From the NCBI GenBank assembly GCA_965200965.1, contig OZ241744.1:224001-288000 (forward strand): 64,000 nt of DNA. The letters are read 5' to 3'. Below the pieces are notes generated by a model. That model saw nothing but the letters and a program-made list of their open reading frames with translations. It did no database searches and was not told where the DNA came from. Position 1 is the first letter of the stretch. Every line of letters begins with the position of its first letter. Source of the DNA: an uncultured Candidatus Binatia bacterium (GTDB taxonomy: Bacteria > Desulfobacterota > Binatia > Bin18). This document shows, one piece after another, positions 57,801 to 64,000 of this stretch. The position numbers and the translations under genes are program-made.

Positions 57801-60148
57801 TGAGAGACTCCCGGCAGGGGCCGCCCAGCCCCGGCTCGCTCCGGTAATGCCACGTCCATCTCCCAGCCCCGGCCAGCCTCAGTGACCTGCCCCGTGCGGA
57901 GCCGCACCGGAGGATAGGCCGGCAGCCGCAGCGTCGCCAGACACCTGTCAGCAAACCGCGCCGCCTGCTGCACAGGCGACATGTGGTGCCGCCACCGTTG
58001 GAAGCCGAAATCCAGGACAGCAAACCCGAAGGGACGCTGAGTAGCAGCCAGTACTGGCGAGGCCGCCACCACCGCCCGGTACGTCGCCTGAAGCAGGTCG
58101 GTCGCGCGCACGCCAGCAGGTACCAAGTCAATGGTTACTCTCCAAAGATCGGGTCCCCCGGGGACATGCAGGCGGGCTTCAAGGGCGTGGATCGGATAGG
58201 GGGGCAGTGTCCGCCGGATCAGACACGCCCCGTCAACGCGGACCCCGTAATCGGAAAAGTCGAAACGCAGGATCTCACGGCCTGACTCCTGCAGCCACGC
58301 GGGGCGGTCGGCAGCGTCAGCGGGGTCCACGGGCACGACCTCGACCGCGAAGCGCCCCCGCACATCGGCCGGCCGGCAGGGGGCCTTCACCCAGGTCAGG
58401 GTGGTCCCCTCTAGGTACAGGTCGAACGCCGAGCGAAGGAGGGGCGGCCCGGCGGTGGTGGCCCGGTAGAGTTGCCGGTAGCGCTCGACGGTGGCCGTGT
58501 CCACCACGGCCGGGTCGATCGCGCTCACCGTGAGGATGGTGTTGTTGTAGACTTGGCGGGTGTAGACAACGGGTGCGAAGGGGCGATCAAAGCGGTCTCC
58601 CCACCCAGTGAACGCACGAGAGGTCACATAAAAGTCCCCCTCCTCCTCCATTCCGTCGGCGTAGACAATGCGACGCCGGGCTGCCTTGGCAAGAATGTCC
58701 CGGTTCCTTACTTGATAGCCGGTGGGACGGCCGCTGGGACGGTCCGGCACTAGAGAGATGGGTGAGGCGGGATAGTGCTGGAGCAGATATTCCAGCCCCT
58801 CCCGGTACGCCGTCTCCCAATAGTCCATCTGGTACTGCCCACGCAGGTACTCGGGCGTACTCCGGTCCACCAGCCGGTTGAAATAGAGGTACTGATGGGG
58901 ATGAATCCCAACCATTTCGATGACCACGCCAGCCAGGCCAGCCACGGCCAGGCCATAGACACCGGCCCGCAGGGCCGGCCAGCGGCACACGCCAGCCAGC
59001 CGCCGCAGACCGGCCACGGCCAGCAGACACAGCGGGGCGTAGAGGAAATACATCTGCCGCCAGCCGCCGTAGACGCTGGCATTGAGGACGATGACGGCCC
59101 CAACGGGTAGGAGCACACAGGCCACAAGCAGGCCCTCAAAACGGGTGGTGGGGTTGCGGAGCAACTCGCCAGGGTGGGTCAGCCCCCGCCGGAGCACGCC
59201 AGCCGCCCCGATGAGGCTCAGCAGCAGCACGCCCGGCGGGGTGGTGATGGCCAGCCAGGTCGGAATGTAGTGCGCCGGAATGGCCGGCCAGCGGATAACC
59301 TCGCCTTGAAAGAGCATAGTAGGACGGATGGGGTGCTGGGAGAGGACTGCAATCGCGTCAAGCAGCTCCAGCGGATTGCCCCACAGATAGGGCGAGACCG
59401 CATACAGCGTCAAGACACTGGCCAGCCCGAACACCCCCAGCGTCCTCCCCACCTGCCGCCGTTCCGCCCGACTCCCCGCCCGCACCCAATCCACTACCCG
59501 CATCACCATCACCGCCACAAACAATCCCCCGCCCATGATGCGTAAGTTCGTTGCGACCCCCACCCCCACCCCACACAGCGCATACGCCCCCACCCCCCCC
59601 CGCTGCCACGCCCGGTGAATCAGGGCCAGACAGCCCAGGAAGGCCACCAGGAAGGGGATGTCCTTGGTGTTGAAAAACGAGTGGGCATACAGCCGGGGAT
59701 GGAGCACGAAGAGGCCGAGGGCCAGCAGGGCCAGCCAGCGGCTGCCGAACAGCCGGGAGGCCAGCCAGGCCGCACCCCCGCCGCCAGCCAGAAAGCACAG
59801 GTGGGTGAGCAGATGGCGGCTCAAGTGGATAGCACGGCTGTCGGTGAGACCCAGCAGCCGCTCAACCAGGACCAGCGGCACTTCGAAGACAACGCCGTAG
59901 TAGCGGTTGTGGGGGGGACTGGGGGGGCGCAGGGTCTCGGTCTCGCCCAGCGCATAGGCGATTGCCGCTTGGCCAATCCCACGTTGATACTCCTCGTCCG
60001 GCCCCACCCCGTAATCATCAAGGACGGCTAGGCCCACCACGGCCAGCACCGCCAGGGCCAGCAGGACACTGTGGCGGGCCACGAAGGCCACCGCCGCCGT
60101 GCCCCAGCCGGCCACGGACCGGGGAACGGAGGGACGCCCGCTGGTCAT
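57797..60148 (-). CDS. GT-C membrane glycosyltransferase, copy 5 (~41-aa in-frame deletion in the second C-terminal domain)
   Basis: DDYGVGPDE; AASPVLAATQRPF replaces the longer segment seen in the other copies. Confidence 0.8.
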   Translation of the reverse strand: MTSGRPSVPRSVAGWGTAAVAFVARHSVLLALAVLAVVGLAVLDDYGVGPDEEYQRGIGQAAIAYALGETETLRPPSPPHNRYYGVVFEVPLVLVERLLGLTDSRAIHLSRHLLTHLCFLAGGGGAAWLASRLFGSRWLALLALGLFVLHPRLYAHSFFNTKDIPFLVAFLGCLALIHRAWQRGGVGAYALCGVGVGVATNLRIMGGGLFVAVMVMRVVDWVRAGSRAERRQVGRTLGVFGLASVLTLYAVSPYLWGNPLELLDAIAVLSQHPIRPTMLFQGEVIRWPAIPAHYIPTWLAITTPPGVLLLSLIGAAGVLRRGLTHPGELLRNPTTRFEGLLVACVLLPVGAVIVLNASVYGGWRQMYFLYAPLCLLAVAGLRRLAGVCRWPALRAGVYGLAVAGLAGVVIEMVGIHPHQYLYFNRLVDRSTPEYLRGQYQMDYWETAYREGLEYLLQHYPASPISLVPDRPSGRPTGYQVRNRDILAKAARRRIVYADGMEEEGDFYVTSRAFTGWGDRFDRPFAPVVYTRQVYNNTILTVSAIDPAVVDTATVERYRQLYRATTAGPPLLRSAFDLYLEGTTLTWVKAPCRPADVRGRFAVEVVPVDPADAADRPAWLQESGREILRFDFSDYGVRVDGACLIRRTLPPYPIHALEARLHVPGGPDLWRVTIDLVPAGVRATDLLQATYRAVVAASPVLAATQRPFGFAVLDFGFQRWRHHMSPVQQAARFADRCLATLRLPAYPPVRLRTGQVTEAGRGWEMDVALPERAGAGRPLPGVSQ

Positions 60149-62281
60149 TGAGGGACTCCCGGCAGGGGCCGCCCCGCCCCGCCTCGCTCCGGCAACGCCA
60201 CGTCCACCGCCCAGCCCCCGCCCGCCTCAGCGACCTGCCCGGTGCGGAGACGCGCCAGAGGATAGGAGGGCAGTTGTACCGTCGCCAGACACTTGTCAGC
60301 AAACCGCGCCGCCTGCTGTACATGCGAAATGTCATGCCGCCACCAGTCAAAACCGAAATCCAGGACCGCAAACCCCAAGGACCGCCGCGCAGCGGCCAGC
60401 ACCCCCCGGTCCCGGGGGAAGACCTCCAGGAAGAAGCGCCCCCGCGTGTCCGCCGGCTGACACCCCGCTTTGACATACGTCAGGGTCCGCCCCTCCAGGT
60501 ACAGGGCAAAGGCAGAGCGGGCCACCGGCGGGGCCGCCACCACCGCCCGGTACCGCGCCTCAAGCAGGTCGGTCGCACGCACGCCAGCAGCCGACCACGC
60601 CAGGGCAACGTGCCAGCGATCCACGCCATCGGGGGCGACCAGGCGGGCTTCAAGCGTTTGGATCGCATAGGGAGGCAGCGGGGGCCGGAGCAGACACGTC
60701 CCGTCAAAGTGGACCCCGTAATCGAAAAAGTCGAAATGCAGGATTTCAATGCCTGGCCCCGGCCGCCACCCGGGGCGGTCGGCAGCGGCAGCGGGGTCCA
60801 CGGGCAGGACATAGACCACGAAGCGCCCCCGCACATCGTCCACGCGGCAGGGGGCCTTCGCCCAGCCCAAGGTGGCCCCGTCCAGGTACAGGTCGAACTC
60901 TGAGCGGAGGAGAGGCGGCCCGGCGGTGGTGGCCCGGTAGAGTTGCCGGTAGCGCTCGGCGGTGGCCGCCAGCCGGTTGAAATAGAGGTGCTGGTAGGGA
61001 TGAAGCCCAACCATTTCGATGACCACGCCAGCCAGGCCAGCTACGGCCAGGCCATAGACACCGGCCCGCAGGGCCGGCCAGCGGCACACGCCGACCAGCC
61101 GCCGCAGACCGGCCACGGCCAGCAGACACAACGGGGCGTAGAGGAAATACATGTGCCGCCAGCCGTCGTAGACATTGGCATTGAGGACGATGACGGCCCC
61201 AACGGGCAGGAGCACACAGGCCACGAGCAGCCCCTCAAAGCGGATGGTGGGGTTGCGGAGCAACTCGCCGGGGTGCGTCAGAGTCTGCCAGAGCACACCA
61301 GCCGCCCCGATGAGGCTCAGCAGCAGCACGCCCGGCGGGGTGGTAATGGCCAGCCAGGTCGGAATGTAATGCGCCGGAAGGTCCGGCCAGCGGATGACCT
61401 CGCCTTGAAAGAGCATAGGAGGACGGCGAGGGTGCTGGGAGAGGACTGCAATCGCGTCAAGCAACTCCAAGGGATTGCCCCACAGATAGGGCGAGACCGC
61501 ATACAGCGTCAAGACACTGGCCAGCCCGAACACCCCCAGCGTCCTCCCCACCTGCCGCCGCTCCGCCCGACTCCCCGCCCGCACCCAATCCACCACCCGC
61601 ATCACCACCACCGCCACAAACAATCCCCCGCCCATGATGCGTAAGTTCGTTGCGACCCCCACCCCCACCCCACACAGCGCATACGCCCCCCCCCCCCCGC
61701 TGCCACGCCCGGTGAATCAGGGCCAGACAGCCCAGGAAGGCCACCAGGAAGGGAATGTCCTTGGCGTTGAAAAACGAGTGGGCATACAGCCGGGGATGGA
61801 GGACGAAGAGGCCGAGGGCCAGCAGGGCCAGCCAGCGGCTGCCGAACAACCGGGAGGCCAGCCAAGCCGCGCCCCCACCGCCGGCCAGAAAGCAGAGGTG
61901 GGTGAGGAGATGGCGGCTCAAGTAGATGGCGCGGCTGTCGGTGAGACCCAGCAGCCGCTCAACCAGGACCAGCGGCACTTCGAAGACAACGCCGTAGTAG
62001 CGGTTGTGGAGGGGACCGGTGTCGCGCAGGGTCTCGGTGTCGCCCAGCGCATAGGCGATTGCCGCTTGGCCTCTCCCACGTTGCGACCCCACGTTCCACG
62101 CCACCCCGTTCCTATATTCCCGATCCCCGTCCCACAACACCCCGTAATCGTCAAGAACGGCCAAGCCCACCACGGCCAGCACCGCCAGGGCCAGCAGGAC
62201 ACTGTGGCGGGCCACGAAGGCCACCGCCGCCGTGCCCCAGCCGGCCACGGACCGGGGAACGGAGGGACGCCCGCTGGTCAT
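60145..62281 (-). pseudogene. GT-C glycosyltransferase copy 6, frameshifted at a G13 tract and internally deleted
   Basis: C13 at 61686-61698 versus C5-A-C9 in intact copies; two ORF halves; YFNRL joined directly to AATAERY. Confidence 0.8.
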
Positions 62282-64000
62282 TGAGAGACTCCCGGCAGAG
62301 GCCGCCCAGCCCCGCCTCGCTCCGGCAACGCCACATCCACCGCCCAGCCCCGGCCCGCCTCAGCGACCTGCCCGGTGCGCAGCCGTGCCAGAGGATAGGC
62401 GGGCAGCCGTACCGTCGCCAGACACTTGTCAGCAAACCACGCCGCCTGCTGTACATGCGAAATGTCATGCCGCCACCAGTCAAAACCGAAATCCAGGACC
62501 GTAAACCCCAAGGACCGCCGCGCAGCGGCCAGCACCGCCCGGTCCCGGGGGAAGACATGCAGGAAGAAGCGCCCCTGCGTGTCCGCCCGCTGACACCCCG
62601 CTTTGACATACGTCAGGGTCCGCCCCTCCAGGTACAGGGCAAAGGCAGAGCGGGCCACCGGCGGGGCCGCCACCACCGCCCGGTACCGCGCCTCAAGCAG
62701 GTCGGTCGCACGCACGCCAGCAGCCGACCACGCCAGGGCAACGTGCCAGCGATCCACGCCCCCGGGGGCGATCTGGCGGGCTTCAAGCGTTTGGATCGCA
62801 TAGGGGGGCAGCGGATGCCGGATCAGACACGCCCCGTCAAGGTGGACCCCGTAATCGGAGAAGTCGAAATGCCGGATCTCACGGGCTGGCCCCGGCCGCC
62901 ACCCGAGGCGGTCGGCAGCGGCAGCGGGGTCCACGGGCATGACATAGACCACGAAGCGCCCCCGCACATCGGCCGGCCGGCAGGGGGCCTTCACCCAGGT
63001 CAGGGTGGTCCCGTCCAGGTGCAGGTCGAACGCCGAGCGGAGGAGGGGCGGCCTGTCTGTTGTGGTCCGGTAGAGCTGTTGGTAGCGCTCGGCGGTGGCC
63101 GCATCCACCAGGGCCGGGTCGATCGCGCTCACCGTGAGGATGGTGTTGTTGTAGACTTGGCGGGTGTAGACAATGGGCATGAAGGGGCGATCACGGCTGT
63201 CTCTCCACCCTCCGATCATACGACTGGTCAGAGAAAAGTCCCCCTCCTCCTCTATTCCGTCGGCGTAGACAATGCGACGCCGGGCTGCCTTGGGAAGGAT
63301 GTCCCGGTTCCTTATGTGATTGCCGGTGGGATGGCCAGCGGGACGGCTCGACGCCAGAGAGACAGGTGAAGTGGGATAGCGCTGGAGCAGATATTCCAGC
63401 CCCTCCCGGTACGTTGTCCCCCAGTAGTCCATGTCATACTGCCCACGCAGATACTCGGGCGTGTGCCGGTCCACCAGCCGGTTGAAATAGAGGTGCTGAT
63501 GGGGATGAAGCCCGACCATTTCGATGACCACGCCAGCCAGGCCAGCCACGGCCAAGCCATAGACACCGGCCCGCAGGGCGGGCCAGCGGCATACGCCAGC
63601 CAGCCGCCGCAGACCAGCCACGGCCAGCAGACACAGCGGGGCGTAGAGGAAATACATCTGCCGCCAGCCATTGTTGACATTGGCATTGAGGACGATGACG
63701 GCCCCAACGGGCAGGAGCACGCAGGCCACGAGCAGGCCCTCAAAGCGGGTGGTGGGGTTGCGGAGCCACTCGCCGGGGTGGGTCAGAGTCTGCCAGAGCA
63801 CGCCAGCCGCCCCGATGAGGCTCAGCAGCAACACGCCCGGCGGGGTGGTGATGGCCAGCCAGGTCGGAATGTAGTGCGCCGGAATGGCCGGCCAGCGGAT
63901 GACCTCGCCTTGAAAGAGCATAGGAGGACGGGTAGGGTGCTGGGAGAGGACTGCAATCGCGTCAAGCAGTTCCAGCGGATTGCCCCACAGATAGGGCGAG
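62278..64000 (-). CDS. GT-C membrane glycosyltransferase, copy 7 (5' end outside the window)
   Basis: Frame open to the window edge; same motifs as the other copies. Confidence 0.8.
   Translation of the reverse strand, partial: SPYLWGNPLELLDAIAVLSQHPTRPPMLFQGEVIRWPAIPAHYIPTWLAITTPPGVLLLSLIGAAGVLWQTLTHPGEWLRNPTTRFEGLLVACVLLPVGAVIVLNANVNNGWRQMYFLYAPLCLLAVAGLRRLAGVCRWPALRAGVYGLAVAGLAGVVIEMVGLHPHQHLYFNRLVDRHTPEYLRGQYDMDYWGTTYREGLEYLLQRYPTSPVSLASSRPAGHPTGNHIRNRDILPKAARRRIVYADGIEEEGDFSLTSRMIGGWRDSRDRPFMPIVYTRQVYNNTILTVSAIDPALVDAATAERYQQLYRTTTDRPPLLRSAFDLHLDGTTLTWVKAPCRPADVRGRFVVYVMPVDPAAAADRLGWRPGPAREIRHFDFSDYGVHLDGACLIRHPLPPYAIQTLEARQIAPGGVDRWHVALAWSAAGVRATDLLEARYRAVVAAPPVARSAFALYLEGRTLTYVKAGCQRADTQGRFFLHVFPRDRAVLAAARRSLGFTVLDFGFDWWRHDISHVQQAAWFADKCLATVRLPAYPLARLRTGQVAEAGRGWAVDVALPERGGAGRPLPGVSQ

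Larger units (their letters stand above)
47736..64000 (-). repeat. Tandem array of at least 7 paralogous genes, ~2.1-2.5 kb period, running off the window edge
   Basis: Near-identical DNA and protein blocks recur; consecutive ORFs overlap by 4 bp. Confidence 0.97.

Noticed and set aside
47874-63369. Long plus-strand ORFs over the array (for example 47874-48800, 59962-60903, 62059-63369)
   Set aside because: Antisense shadows of high-GC coding sequence; they repeat only because the genes do and have no protein-like motifs.
47736-64000. Array as a pure assembly artefact
   Set aside because: Each copy has its own substitutions and in-frame indels that mostly keep the ORF open, which duplicated reads would not produce.
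47736-64000. Complete diversity-generating retroelement or shufflon
   Set aside because: No reverse transcriptase, template repeat, recombinase or inverted cassettes seen in the window.

Overview
High-GC bacterial window with a Deltaproteobacteria-like gene order (glmM-nnr-tsaE-lysC-cimA). The DUF1640 and luciferase-like genes hint at a sponge-symbiont Binatia-type genome; this is inference only. It has four zones. (1) 1-15 kb: housekeeping and metabolic genes (glmM, nnr, tsaE, lysC, cimA, YqaA, NlpD-like, apt, mmuM, EamA, degenerate Mrr-like, Ham1, squalene/phytoene synthase, MFS). (2) 15-24 kb: a hydantoinase/oxoprolinase A+B pair with a beta-carbonic anhydrase between them, interrupted by a ~2.8 kb insert bounded by a 50-bp direct repeat, plus a divergent luciferase-like monooxygenase. 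(3) 24.4-41.4 kb: a co-oriented defence-like island. It holds a Menshen-like DUF262/AAA-DUF3696/effector triplet, a dedicated TPR-J/GrpE/Hsp70/Zn-ribbon-TPR chaperone cassette, an orphan DegT aminotransferase, and a frameshift-split ~1850-aa STAND-like ATPase followed by a partner with a HEPN-like RNxxAH motif. (4) 41.5-64 kb: TamB/TamA, then a head-to-tail, stop/start-overlapping array of at least seven paralogous GT-C (ArnT/PMT-like) membrane glycosyltransferase genes. These copies share a near-identical scaffold with discrete hypervariable patches, mosaic identical tracts, a G-tract (G13 and frameshifted in one copy) and a duplicated unnamed Cys-containing C-terminal domain. The best candidates for undescribed systems are the diversifying GT-C array, the STAND+HEPN-like pair and the defence-linked Hsp70 cassette. 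At least four frameshifts are visible, so some may be consensus errors. No rRNA, tRNA, integrase, transposase, reverse transcriptase or cas gene was recognised.
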